Shown one piece after another: positions 10,401-24,600 of a stretch of 64,000 nt of DNA. The translations under genes and the position numbers were made by a program. Under the pieces are notes generated by a model. The model saw only the letters and a list, made by a program, of their open reading frames with translations. It was not told the origin of the DNA and searched no databases. Source of the DNA: Utricularia gibba (Eukaryota; Plantae; Magnoliophyta). The first letter of the stretch is position 1, and every line of letters starts with the position of its first letter. Location of the stretch: positions 1-64,000 of the forward strand of contig NEEC01000072.1 in the NCBI GenBank assembly GCA_002189035.1. The letters are read 5' to 3'.

Positions 10401-13400
10401 GCGCGACTCGACCATTTGCTCGATACTAGTGCCAGCCTAGAGCGCCTCCTCAAATATAAATCAGGTTGTTGAGAAAACCATTTGGGGTGCTCATGACATC
10501 CTAACTTAAAAAAATGCATCACGATTTTCATCGAGTAGCACCCGATTGGGCTCAGAGCCAGACCGAACCTTGGGCCCTTACAAAGCTGCCAACGACAGCA
10601 CCGCCTTAAAATGGCAAGCTATTGCTTGAAAAACCATTCAGGCAGCCGCCGAAAACCCAACGTTGATAAATGCATCACTTATTTTCCGGGCTACAACTGA
10701 CTATGGGCCATAGCCCGACCCGACCTCTGGCCCAATCCCGAAACCCCCAAGAGCGCCTTCTGAAATATAAAGTAGAGTGTTGAGAAAACCCATTGGGGTT
10801 CTCATGACATCCTAACTAAAGCAAATGCATTACGATTTCGTCGAGTACGACCCGATTGGGCTTAGTAGCCAGACCGAATCTCGGGCCCTGACAAAGCTCC
10901 CAACTACAGCACCCACCTTAAAACGGCAAGCTGTTGCTTGAAAAACCATTTAGGCAGCCGCGAAACCCAACGTTGATAAATGCATCACTTATTTTCCGGG
11001 CACAACTGACTATGGGCCTGAGCCCGACCCGACCTCTGGCCCAATCCTGAAACCCCCCAAGAGCGCCTTCTCAAATATAAGCAGAGTGTTGAGAAAACCA
11101 TTGGGGTTTCATGACATCCTAACTACAACAAAAGCATTACGATTTTCGTCGAGTGCGACCCGATTGGGCTTAGTAGCCAGACCGAATCTCGGGCCGGACA
11201 AAGCTCCCAACGACAGCACCGCCTTTAAATGGCAAGCTGTTGCTTGAAAAACCATGTGGGCAGCCGCCGACAACCCAACGTTAATAAATGCATCACTTTT
11301 TGGCCAGGCTACAAATGACTATGGGCCAGAGCGCGACTCGACCATTTGCTCGATACTGGTGCCCGCCTAGAGCGCCTCCTCAAATATAAATCAGGTTGTT
11401 GAGAAAACCATTTGGGGTGCTCATGACATCCTACTTCAGCAAATGCATCACGATTTTCATCGAGTAGCACCCGATTGGGCTCAGGAGCCAGACCGAACCT
11501 TGGGCCCTAACAAAGCTGCCAACGACAGCACTCGCCTTAAAACGGCAAGCTATTGCTTGAAAAACCATTTAGGCAGCCGCCGAAAACCCATCGTTGATAA
11601 ATGCATCACTTATTTTCCGGGCTACAACTGACTATTGGCCTGAGCCCGACCCGACCTCTGGCCCAATCCCGAAACCCTCCGAGAGCGCCTTCTCAAATAT
11701 ATAGCAGAGTGTTGAGAAAACCCATTGGGGTTCTCATGACATCCTAACTAAAGCAAATGCATTACGATTTCGTCGAGTACGACCCGATTGGGCTTAGTAG
11801 CCAGACCGAATCTCGGGCCCTGACAAAGCTCCCAACTACAGCACCCACCTTAAAACGGCAAGCTGTTGCTTGAAAAACCATTTAGGCAGCCGCCGAAAAC
11901 CCATCGTTGATAAATGCATCACTTATTTTCCGGGCTACAACTGACTATTGGCCTGAGCCCGACCCGACCTCTGGCCCAATCCCGAAACCCTCCGAGGGGC
12001 CTTCTCAAATATATAGCAGAGTGTTGAGAAAACCCATTGGGGTTCTCATGACATCCTAACTACAGCAAATGCGTTACGATTTTCGTCGAGTGCGACCCGA
12101 TTGGGCTTAGTAGCCAGACCGAATCTCGGGCCGGACAAAGCTCCCAACGACAGCACCCGCCTTTAAATGGCAAGCTGTTGCTTGAAAAACCATGTGGGCA
12201 GCCGCCGACAACCCAACGTTAATAAATGCATCACTTCTTTTGCCGGGCTACAGCTGACTATGGGCTCAAGCCCGACCCGAATCCGGCCGATCTCGGTGAC
12301 CCACAAAAGCGCCTTGTCAAGTGTAAAGCATGCTGTTGAAAAACCATTTGGGGTGTCATGAGATCTAACTTCAATAAAGGTATCACGATTTTCGTCGAAT
12401 GGGAACAGATTGTGCTGTGAAGTCAGACCGAACCTTGGGTCCTCACAAAGTTCCCAACAACAGCACCCGCCAAAAACGACAACTTTTCCTTCAAAAAGCA
12501 TGTAGGCAGCCACCGAAAACCCAACGTTAATAAATGCATCACTTTTTTGGCCGGGCTACAAATGACTATGGGCAGAGCGCGACTCGACCATTGCTCGATA
12601 CCCCGCCTAGAGCGCCTCCTCAAATATAAATCAGGTTGTTGAGAAAACCATTTGGGGTTCTCATGACATCCTAACTAAAGCGAATGCATACGATTTCGTC
12701 GAGTACGACCGATTGGGCTTAGTAGCCAGACCGAATCTCGGGCCCTGACAAAGCTCCCAACGACAGCACCCACCTTAAAACGGCAAGCTGTTGCTTGAAA
12801 AACCATTTAGGCAGCCGCCGAAAACCCAACGTTGATAAATGCATCACTTATTTTCCGGGCCACAACTGACTATGGGCCTGAGCCCGACCCGACCTCTGGC
12901 CCAATCCTGAAACCCCCCAAGAGCGCCTTCTGAAATATATAGCAGAGTGTTGAGAAAACCCATTGGGGTTCTCATGACATCCTAACTACAACAAATGCAT
13001 TACGATTTCGTCGAGTGCGACCCGATTGGGCTTAGTAGCCAGACCGAATCTCGGGCCGGACAAAGCTCCAACGACAGCACCCGCCTTTAAATGGCAAGCT
13101 GTTGCTTGAAAAACCATGTGGGCAGCCGCCGACAACCCAACGTTAATAAATGCATCACTTCTTTTGCCGGGCTACAGCTGACTATGGGCTCAAGCCCGAC
13201 CCGAATCCGGCCCGATCTCGGTGACCCACAAAAGCGCCTTGTCAAGTGTAAAGCATGCTGTTGAAAAAACCATTTGGGGTGGTCATGAGATCCTAACTTC
13301 AATAAAGGTATCACGATTTTCGTCGAATGGGATCGGATTGTGCTGTGAAGTCAGACCGAACCTTGGGTCCGGACGAAGTTCCCAACACAGCACCCAAAAA

Positions 13401-13593
13401 ACGACAACTTTTCCTCGAAAAAAGCATGTAGGCAGCCACCGAAAACCCAACGTTAATAAATGCATCACTTTTTTGGCCGGGCTACAAATGACTATGGGCC
13501 AGAGCGCGACTCGACCATTTGCTCGATACTAGTGCCGCCTAGAGCGCCTCCTCAAATATAAATCAGGTTGTTGAGAAAACCATTTGGGGTGCT

Positions 13594-16500
13594 CATGACA
13601 TCCTAACTTCAGCAAATGCATCACGATTTTCATCGAGTAGCACCCGATTGGGCTCAGAGCCAGACCGAACCTTGGGCCCTAACAAAGCTGCCAACGACAG
13701 CACCGCCTTAAAACGGCAAGCTATTGCTTGAAAAACCATTTAGGCAGCCGCCGAAAACCCATCGTTGATAAATGCATCACTTATTTTCCGGGCTACAACT
13801 GACTATGGCCTGAGCCCGACCCGACCTCTGGCCCAATCCCGAAACCCCCAAGAGCGCCTTCTGAAATATAAATAGAGTGTTGAGAAAACCCATTGGGGTT
13901 CTCATGACATCCTAACTACATCAAATGCGTTACGATTTTCGTCGAGTGCGACCCGATTGGGCTTAGTAGCCAGACCGAATCTCGGGCCGGACAAAGCTCC
14001 CAACGACAGCACCCGCCTTTAAATGGCAAGCTGTTGCTTGAAAAACCATGTGGGCAGCCGCCGACAACCCAACGTTAATAAATGCATCACTTCTTTTGCC
14101 GGGCTACAGCTGACTATGGGCTCAAGCCCGACCCGAATCCGGCCCGATCTCGGTGACCCACAAAAGCGCCTTGTCAAGTGTAAAGCATGCTGTTGAAAAA
14201 ACCATTTGGGGTGGTCATGAGATCCTAACTTCAATAAAGGTGTCACGATTTTCGTCGAATGGGATCGGATTGTGCTGTGAAGTCAGACCGAACCTTGGGT
14301 CCGGACGAAGTTCCCAACAACAGCACCCGCAAAAAACGACAACTTTTCCTCGAAAAAAGCATGTAGGCAGCCACCGAAAACCCAACGTTAATAAATGCAT
14401 CACTTTTTTGGCCGGGCTACAAATGACTATGGGCCAGAGCGCGACTCGACCATTTGCTCGATACTAGTGCCAGCCTAGAGCGCCTCCTCAAATATAAATC
14501 AGGTTGTTGAGAAAACCATTTGGGGTGCTCATGACATCCTAACTTCAAAAAATGCATCACGATTTTCATCGAGTAGCACCCGATTGGGCTCAGGAGCCAG
14601 ACCGAACCTTGGGCCCTTACAAAGCTGCCAACGACAGCACCCGCCTTAAAATGGCAAGCTATTGCTTGAAAAACCATTCAGGCAGCCGCCGAAAACCCAA
14701 CGTTGATAAATGCATCACTTATTTTCCGGCTACAACTGACTATGGGCCATAGCCCGACCCGACCTCTGGCCCAATCCCGAAACCCCCCAAGAGCGCCTTC
14801 TGAAATATAAAGTAGTGTTGAGAAAACCCATTGGGGTTCTCATGACATCCTAACTAAAGCAAATGCATTACGATTTCGTCGAGTACGACCCGATTGGGCT
14901 TAGTAGCCAGACCGAATCTCGGGCCCTGACAAAGCTCCCAACTACAGCACCCACCTTAAAACGGCAAGCTGTTGCTTGAAAAACCATTTAGGCAGCCGCC
15001 GAAAACCCAACGTTGATAAATGCATCACTTATTTTCCGGGCCACAACTGACTATGGGCCTGAGCCCGACCCGACCTCTGGCCCAATCCTGAAACCCCCCA
15101 AGAGCGCCTTCTGAAATATAAAGTAGAGTGTTGAGAAAACCCATTGGGGTTCTCATGACATCCTAACTACAGCAAATGCGTTACGATTTTCGTCGAGTGC
15201 GACCCGATTGGGCTTAGTAGCCAGACCGAATCTCGGGCCGGACAAAGCTCCCAACGACAGCACCCGCCTTTAAATGGCAAGCTGTTGCTTGAAAAACCAT
15301 GTGGGCAGCCGCCGACAACCCAACGTTAATAAATGCATCACTTTTTTGGCCAGGCTACAAATGACTATGGGCCAGAGCGCGACTCGACCATTTGCTCGAT
15401 ACTGGTGCCCGCCTAGAGCGCCTCCTCAAATATAAATCAGGTTGTTGAGAAAACCATTTGGGGTGCTCATGACATCCTAACTTCAGCAAATGCATCACGA
15501 TTTTCATCGAGTAGCACCCGATTGGCTCAGGAGCCAGACCGAACCTTGGGCCCTAACAAAGCTGCCAACGACAGCACTCGCCTTAAAACGGCAAGCTATT
15601 GCTTGAAAAACCATTTAGGCAGCCGCCGAAAACCCATCGTTGATAAATGCATCACTTATTTTCCGGGCTACAACTGACTATGGGCCTGAGCCCGACCCGA
15701 CCTCTGGCCCAATCCCGAAACCCCCGAGCGCCTTCTCAAATATATAGCAGAGTGTTGAGAAAACCCATTGGGGTTCTCATGACATCCTAACTAAAGCAAA
15801 TGCATTACGATTTCGTCGAGTACGACCCGATTGGGCTTAGTAGCCAGACCGAATCTCGGGCCCTGACAAAGCTCCCAACTACAGCACCCACCTTAAAACG
15901 GCAAGCTGTTGCTTGAAAAACCATTAGGCAGCCGCCGAAAACCCATCGTTGATAAATGCATCACTTATTTTCCGGGCTACAACTGACTATTGGCCTGAGC
16001 CCGACCCGACCTCTGGCCCAATCCCGAAACCCCCCGAGAGCGCCTTCTCAAATATAAGAGTGTTGAGAAAACCCATTGGGGTTCTCATGACATCCTAACT
16101 ACATCAAATGCGTTACGATTTTCGTCGAGTGCGACCCGATTGGGCTTAGTAGCCAGACCGAATCTCGGGCCGGACAAAGCTCCCAACGACAGCACCCGCC
16201 TTTAAATGGCAAGCTGTTGCTTGAAAAACCATGTGGGCAGCCGCCGACAACCCAACGTTAATAAATGCATCACTTCTTTTGCCGGGCTACAGCTGACTAT
16301 GGGCTCAAGCCCGACCCGAATCCGGCCCGATCTCGGTGACCCACAAAAGCGCCTTGTCAAGTGTAAAGCATGCTGTTGAAAAAACCATTTGGGGTGGTCA
16401 TGAGATCCTAACTTCAATAAAGGTATCACGATTTTCGTCGAATGGGAACAGATTGTGCTGTGAAGTCAGACCAACCTTGGGTCCTCACAAAGTTCCCAAC

Positions 16501-19500
16501 AACAGCACCCGCCAAAAAACGACAACTTTCCTTCAAAAAGCATGTAGGCAGCCACCGAAAACCCAACGTTAATAAATGCATCACTTCTTTGGCCGGGCTA
16601 CAAATGACTATGGGCCAGAGCGCGACTCGACCATTTGCTCGATACTGGAGCCCGCCTAGAGCGCCTCCTCAAATATAAATCAGGTTGTTGAGAAAACCAT
16701 TTGGGGTTCTCATGACATCCTAACTAAAGCGAATGCATACGATTTCGTCGAGTACGACCCGATTGGGCTTAGTAGCCAGACCGAATCTCGGGCCCTGACA
16801 AAGCTCCCAACTACAGCACCCACCTTAAAACGGCAAGCTGTTGCTTGAAAAACCATTTAGGCAGCCGCGAAACCCAACGTTGATAAATGCATCACTTATT
16901 TTCCGGGCCACAACTGACTATGGGCCTGAGCCCGACCCGACCTCTGGCCCAATCCCGAAACCCCCAAGAGCGCCTTCTGAAATATAAAGTAGAGTGTTGA
17001 GAAAACCATTGGGGTTCTCATGACATCCTAACTACATCAAATGCGTTACGATTTTCGTCGAGTGCGACCCGATTGGGCTTAGTAGCCAGACCGAATCTCG
17101 GGCCGGACAAAGCTCCAACGACAGCACCCGCCTTTAAATGGCAAGCTGTTGCTTGAAAAACCATGTGGGCAGCCGCCGACAACCCAACGTTAATAAATGC
17201 ATCACTTCTTTTGCCGGGCTACAGCTGACTATGGGCTCAAGCCCGACCCGAATCCGGCCCGATCTCGGTGACCCACAAAAGCGCCTTGTCAAGTGTAAAG
17301 CATGCTGTTGAAAAAACCATTTGGGTGGTCATGAGATCCTAACTTCAATAAAGGTATCACGATTTTCGTCGAATGGGAACAGATTGTGCTGTGAAGTCAG
17401 ACCAACCTTGGGTCCTCACAAAGTTCCCAACAACAGCACCCGCCAAAAAACGACAACTTTTCCTTCAAAAAGCATGTAGGCAGCCACCGAAAACCCAACG
17501 TTAATAAATGCATCACTTCTTTGGCCGGGCTACAAATGACTATGGGCCAGAGCGCGACTCGACCATTTGCTCGATACTGGTGCCCGCCTAGAGCGCCTCC
17601 TCAAATATAAATCAGGTTGTTGAGAAAACCATTTGGGGTGCTCATGACATCCTAACTTCAGCAAATGCATCACGATTTTCATCGAGTAGCACCCGATTGG
17701 GCTCAGAGCCAGACCGAACCTTGGGCCCTAACAAAGCTGCCAACGACAGCACTCGCCTTAAAACGGCAAGTATTGCTTGAAAAACCATTTAGGCAGCCGC
17801 CGAAAACCCATCGTTGATAAATGCATCACTTATTTTCCGGGCTACAACTGACTATTGGCCTGAGCCCGACCCGACCTCTGGCCCAATCCCGAAACCCCCC
17901 AAGAGCGCCTTCTGAAATATAAAGCAGAGTGTTGAGAAAACCCATTGGGGTTCTCATGACATCCTAACTACATCAAATGCGTTACGATTTTCGTCGAGTG
18001 CGACCCGATTGGGCTTAGTAGCCAGACCGAATCTCGGGCCGGACAAAGCTCCCAACGACAGCACCCGCCTTTAAATGGCAAGCTGTTGCTTGAAAAACCA
18101 TGTGGGCAGCCGCCGACAACCCAACGTTAATAAATGCATCACTTCTTTTGCCGGGCTACAGCTGACTATGGGCTCAAGCCCGACCCGAATCCGGCCCGAT
18201 CTCGGTGACCCACAAAAGCGCCTTGTCAAGTGTAAAGCATGCTGTTGAAAAAACCATTTGGGGTGGTCATGAGATCCTAACTTCAATAAAGGTGTCACGA
18301 TTTTCGTCGAATGGGATCGATTGTGCTGTGAAGTCAGACCGAACCTTGGGTCCGGACGAAGTTCCCAACAACAGCACCCGCAAAAAAACGACAACTTTTC
18401 CTCGAAAAAGCATGTAGGCAGCCACCGAAAACCCAACGTTAATAAATGCATCACTTTTTTGGCCGGGCTACAAATGACTATGGGCCAGAGCGCGACTCGA
18501 CCATTTGCTCGATACTAGTGCCAGCCTAGAGCGCCTCCTCAAATATAAATCAGGTTGTTGAGAAAACCATTTGGGGTGCTCATGACATCCTAACTTCAAA
18601 AATGCATCACGATTTTCATCGAGTAGCACCCGATTGGGCTCAGGAGCCAGACCGAACCTTGGGCCCTTACAAAGCTGCCAACGACAGCACCGCCTTAAAA
18701 TGGCAAGCTATTGCTTGAAAAACCATTCAGGCAGCCGCCGAAAACCCAACGTTGATAAATGCATCACTTATTTTCCGGGCTACAACTGACTATGGGCCTA
18801 GCCCGACCCGACCTCTGGCCCAATCCCGAAACCCCCAAGAGCGCCTTCTGAAATATAAAGTAGAGTGTTGAGAAAACCCATTGGGGTTCTCATGACATCC
18901 TAACTAAAGCAAATGCATTACGATTTCGTCGAGTACGACCCGATTGGGCTTAGTAGCCAGACCGAATCTCGGGCCCTGACAAAGCTCCCAACTACAGCAC
19001 CCACCTTAAAACGGCAAGCTGTTGCTTGAAAAACCATTTAGGCAGCCGCCGAAAACCCAACGTTGATAAATGCATCACTTATTTTCCGGGCACAACTGAC
19101 TATGGGCCTGAGCCCGACCCGACCTCTGGCCCAATCCTGAAACCCCCAAGAGCGCCTTCTGAAATATAAAGTAGAGTGTTGAGAAAACCCATTGGGGTTC
19201 TCATGACATCCTAACTACAGCAAATGCGTTACGATTTTCGTCGAGTGCGACCCGATTGGGCTTAGTAGCCAGACCGAATCTCGGGCCGGACAAAGCTCCC
19301 AACGACAGCACCCGCCTTTAAATGGCAAGCTGTTGCTTGAAAAACCATGTGGGCAGCCGCCGACAACCCAACGTTAATAAATGCATCACTTTTTTGGCCA
19401 GGCTACAAATGACTATGGGCCAGAGCGCGACTCGACCATTTGCTCGATACTGGTGCCCGCCTAGAGCGCCTCCTCAAATATAAATCAGGTTGTTGAGAAA

Positions 19501-21696
19501 ACCATTTGGGGTGCTCATGACATCCTAACTTCAGCAAATGCATCACGATTTTCATCGAGTAGCACCGATTGGCTCAGGAGCCAGACCGAACCTTGGGCCC
19601 TACAAAGCTGCCAACGACAGCACTCGCCTTAAAACGGCAAGCTATTGCTTGAAAAACCATTTAGGCAGCCGCCGAAAACCCATCGTTGATAAATGCATCA
19701 CTTATTTTCCGGGCTACAACTGACTATGGGCCTGAGCCCGACCCGACCTTTGGCCCAATCCCGAAACCCCCGAAGAGCGCCTTCTCAAATATATAGCAGA
19801 GTGTTGAGAAAACCCATTGGGGTTCTCATGACATCCTAACTAAAGCAAATGCATTACGATTTCGTCGAGTACGACCCGATTGGGCTTAGTAGCCAGACCG
19901 AATCTCGGGCCCTGACAAAGCTCCCAACTACAGCACCCACCTTAAAACGGCAAGCTGTTGCTTGAAAAACCATTGGGCAGCCGCCGAAACCCATCGTTGA
20001 TAAATGCATCACTTATTTTCCGGGCTACAACTGACTATTGGCCTGAGCCCGACCCGACCTCTGGCCCAATCCCGAAACCCCCCAAGAGCGCCTTCTGAAA
20101 TATTAGAGTGTTGAGAAAACCCATTGGGGTTCTCATGACATCCTAACTACATCAAATGCGTTACGATTTTCGTCGAGTGCGACCCGATTGGGCTTAGTAG
20201 CCAGACCGAATCTCGGGCCGGACAAAGCTCCCAACGACAGCACCCGCCTTTAAATGGCAAGCTGTTGCTTGAAAAACCATGTGGGCAGCCGCCGACAACC
20301 CAACGTTAATAAATGCATCACTTCTTTTGCCGGGCTACAGCTGACTATGGGCTCAAGCCCGACCCGAATCCGGCCCGATCTCGGTGACCCACAAAAGCGC
20401 CTTGTCAAGTGTAAAGCATGCTGTTGAAAAAACCATTTGGGGTGGTCATGAGATCCTAACTTCAATAAAGGTATCACGATTTTCGTCGAATGGGAACAGA
20501 TTGTGCTGTGAAGTCAGACCAAACCTTGGGTCCTCACAAAGTTCCCAACAACAGCACCCGCCAAAAAACGACAACTTTTCCTTCAAAAAGCATGTAGGCA
20601 GCCACCGAAAACCCAACGTTAATAAATGCATCACTTCTTTGGCCGGGCTACAAATGACTATGGGCCAGAGCGCGACTCGACCATTTGCTCGATACTGGAG
20701 CCCGCCTAGAGCGCCTCCTCAAATATAAATCAGGTTGTTGAGAAAACCATTTGGGGTTCTCATGACATCCTAACTAAAGCGAATGCATACGATTTCGTCG
20801 AGTACGACCCGATTGGGCTTAGTAGCCAGACCGAATCTCGGGCCCTGACAAAGCTCCCAACTACAGCACCCACCTTAAAACGGCAAGCTGTTGCTTGAAA
20901 AACCATTTAGGCAGCCGCCGAAAACCCAACGTTGATAAATGCATCACTTATTTTCCGGGCCACAACTGACTATGGGCCTGAGCCCGACCCGACCTCTGGC
21001 CCAATCCCGAAACCCCCGAGGCGCCTTCTCAAATATATAGCAGAGTGTTGAGAAAACCCATTGGGGTTCTCATGACATCCTAACTACATCAAATGCGTTA
21101 CGATTTTCGTCGAGTGCGACCCGATTGGGCTTAGTAGCCAGACCGAATCTCGGGCCGGACAAAGCTCCCAACGACAGCACCCGCCTTTAAATGGCAAGCT
21201 GTTGCTTGAAAAACCATGTGGGCAGCCGCCGACAACCCAACGTTAATAAATGCATCACTTCTTTTGCCGGGCTACAGCTGACTATGGGCTCAAGCCCGAC
21301 CCGAATCCGGCCCGATCTCGGTGACCCACAAAAGCGCCTTGTCAAGTGTAAAGCATGCTGTTGAAAAAACCATTTGGGGTGGTCATGAGATCCTAACTTC
21401 AATAAAGGTATCACGATTTTCGTCGAATGGGAACAGATTGTGCTGTGAAGTCAGACCAAACCTTGGGTCCTCACAAAGTTCCCAACAACAGCACCCGCCA
21501 AAAAACGACAACTTTTCCTTCAAAAAGCATGTAGGCAGCCACCGAAAACCCAACGTTAATAAATGCATCACTTCTTTGGCCGGGCTACAAATGACTATGG
21601 GCCAGAGCGCGACTCGACCATTTGCTCGATACTGGAGCCCGCCTAGAGCGCCTCCTCAAATATAAATCAGGTTGTTGAGAAAACCATTTGGGGTTC
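13594..21696 (+). repeat. Tandem duplication of a 13-unit block (~4.05 kb): P R S' P' Q R P Q R S Q' R S
   Basis: Anchors are at 13594 and 17643 (offset 4049). Corresponding repeat-derived ORFs are offset 4052 (14019/18071, 14153/18205) and 4048 (16202/20250). Confidence 0.75.
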
Positions 21697-24600
21697 TCAT
21701 GACATCCTAACTAAAGCGAATGCATACGATTTCGTCGAGTACGACCCGATTGGGCTTAGTAGCCAGACCGAATCTCGGGCCCTGACAAAGCTCCCAACTA
21801 CAGCACCCACCTTAAAACGGCAAGCTGTTGCTTGAAAAACCATTTAGGCAGCCGCTGAAACCCAACGTTGATAAATGCATCACTTATTTTCCGGGCCACA
21901 ACTGACTATGGGCCTGAGCCCGACCCGACCTCTGGCCCAATCCTGAAACCCCCCAAGAGCGCTTTCTGAAATATAAAGTAGAGTGTTGAGAAAACCCATT
22001 GGGGTTCTCATGACATCCTAACTACAGCAAATGCGTTACGATTTTTCGTCGAGTGCGACCCGATTGGGCTTAGTAGCCAGACCGAATCTCGGGCCGGACA
22101 AAGCTCCCAACGACAGCACCCGCCTTTAAATGGCAAGCTGTTGCTTGAAAAACCATGTGGGCAGCCGCCGACAACCCAACGTTAATAAATGCATCACTTT
22201 TTTGGCCAGGCTACAAATGACTATGGGCCAGAGCGCGACTCGACCATTTGCTCGATACTGGTGCCCGCCTAGAGCGCCTCCTCAAATATAAATCAGGTTG
22301 TTGAGAAACCATTTGGGGTGCTCATGACATCCTAACTTCAGCAAATGCATCACGATTTTCATCGAGTAGCACCCGATTGGGCTCAGGAGCCAGACCGAAC
22401 CTTGGGCCCTAACAAAGCTGCCAACGACAGCACTCGCCTTAAAACGGCAAGCTATTGCTTGAAAAACCATTTAGGCAGCCGCCGAAAACCCATCGTTGAT
22501 AAATGCATCACTTATTTTCCGGGCTACAACTGACTATGGGCCTGAGCCCGACCCGACCTCTGGCCCAATCCCGAAACCCTCCGAGAGCGCCTTCTCAAAT
22601 ATATAGCAGAGTGTTGAGAAAACCCATTGGGGTTCTCATGACATCCTAACTACATCAAATGCGTTACGATTTTCGTCGAGTGCGACCCGATTGGGCTTAG
22701 TAGCCAGACCGAATCTCGGGCCGGACAAAGCTCCCAACGACAGCACCCGCCTTTAAATGGCAAGCTGTTGCTTGAAAAACCATGTGGGCAGCCGCCGACA
22801 ACCCAACGTTAATAAATGCATCACTTCTTTTGCCGGGCTACAGCTGACTATGGGCTCAAGCCCGACCCGAATCCGGCCCGATCTCGGTGACCCACAAAAG
22901 CGCCTTGTCAAGTGTAAAGCATGCTGTTGAAAAAACCATTTGGGGTGGTCATGAGATCCTAACTTCAATAAAGGTATCACGATTTTCGTCGAATGGGAAC
23001 AGATTGTGCTGTGAAGTCAGACCAAACCTTGGGTCCTCACAAAGTTCCCAACAACAGCACCGCCAAAAAACGACAACTTTTCCTTCAAAAAGCATGTAGG
23101 CAGCCACCGAAAACCCAACGTTAATAAATGCATCACTTCTTTGGCCGGGCTACAAATGACTATGGGCCAGAGCGCGACTCGACCATTTGCTCGATACTGG
23201 AGCCGCCTAGAGCGCCTCCTCAAATATAAATCAGGTTGTTGAGAAAACCATTTGGGGTTCTCATGACATCCTAACTAAAGCGAATGCATACGATTTCGTC
23301 GAGTACGACCCGATTGGGCTTAGTAGCCAGACCGAATCTCGGGCCCTGACAAAGCTCCCAACTACAGCACCCACCTTAAAACGGCAAGCTGTTGCTTGAA
23401 AAACCATTTAGGCAGCCGCTGAATACCCAACGTTGATAAATGCATCACTTATTTCCGGGCCACAACTGACTATGGGCCTGAGCCCGACCCGACCTCTGGC
23501 CCAATCCTGAAACCCCCAAGAGCGCCTTCTGAAATATAAAGTAGAGTGTTGAGAAAACCCATTGGGGTTCTCATGACATCCTAACTACAGCAAATGCGTT
23601 ACGATTTTCGTCGAGTGCGACCCGATTGGGCTTAGTAGCCAGACCGAATCTCGGGCCGGACAAAGCTCCCAACGACAGCACCCGCCTTTAAATGGCAAGC
23701 TGTTGCTTGAAAAACCATGTGGGCAGCCGCCGACAACCCAACGTTAATAAATGCATCACTTTTTTGGCCAGGCTACAAATGACTATGGGCCAGAGCGCGA
23801 CTCGACCATTTGCTCGATACTGGTGCCCGCTAGAGCGCCTCCTCAAATACAAATCAGGTTGTTGAGAAACCATTTGGGGTGCTCATGACATCCTAACTTC
23901 AGCAAATGCATCACGATTTTCATCGAGTAGCACCCGATTGGGCTCAGGAGCCAGACCGAACCTTGGGCCCTAACAAAGCTGCCAACGACAGCACTCGCCT
24001 TAAAACGGCAAGCTATTGCTTGAAAAACCATTTAGGCAGCCGCCGAAAACCCATCGTTGATAAATGCATCACTTATTTTCCGGGCTACAACTGACTATTG
24101 GCCTGAGCCCGACCCGACCTCTGGCCCAATCCCGAAACCCTCCGAGAGCGCCTTCTCAAATATATAGCAGAGTGTTGAGAAAACCCATTGGGGTTCTCAT
24201 GACATCCTAACTAAAGCAAATGCATTACGATTTCGTCGAGTACGACCCGATTGGGCTTAGTAGCCAGACCGAATCTCGGGCCCTGACAAAGCTCCCAACT
24301 ACAGCACCCACCTTAAAACGGCAAGCTGTTGCTTGAAAAACCATTTAGGCAGCCGCCGAAAACCCATCGTTGATAAATGCATCACTTATTTTCCGGGCTA
24401 CAACTGACTATTGGCCTGAGCCCGACCCGACCTCTGGCCCAATCCCGAAACCCTCCGAGGGCGCCTTCTCAAATATATAGCAGAGTGTTGAGAAAACCCA
24501 TTGGGGTTCTCATGACATCCTAACTACATCAAATGCGTTACGATTTTCGTCGAGTGCGACCCGATTGGGCTTAGTAGCCAGACCGAATCTCGGGCCGGAC

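Larger units (their letters stand above)
241..20133 (+). repeat. Left domain: irregular 6-, 7- and 9-unit HORs containing S' and P' variants
   Basis: P-to-P blocks include PQRSQ'R (241-2106) and PQRS'P'QR twice (7062-9247 and 9248-11421, spacings 2186 and 2174). Single-base indels are frequent. Confidence 0.8.
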
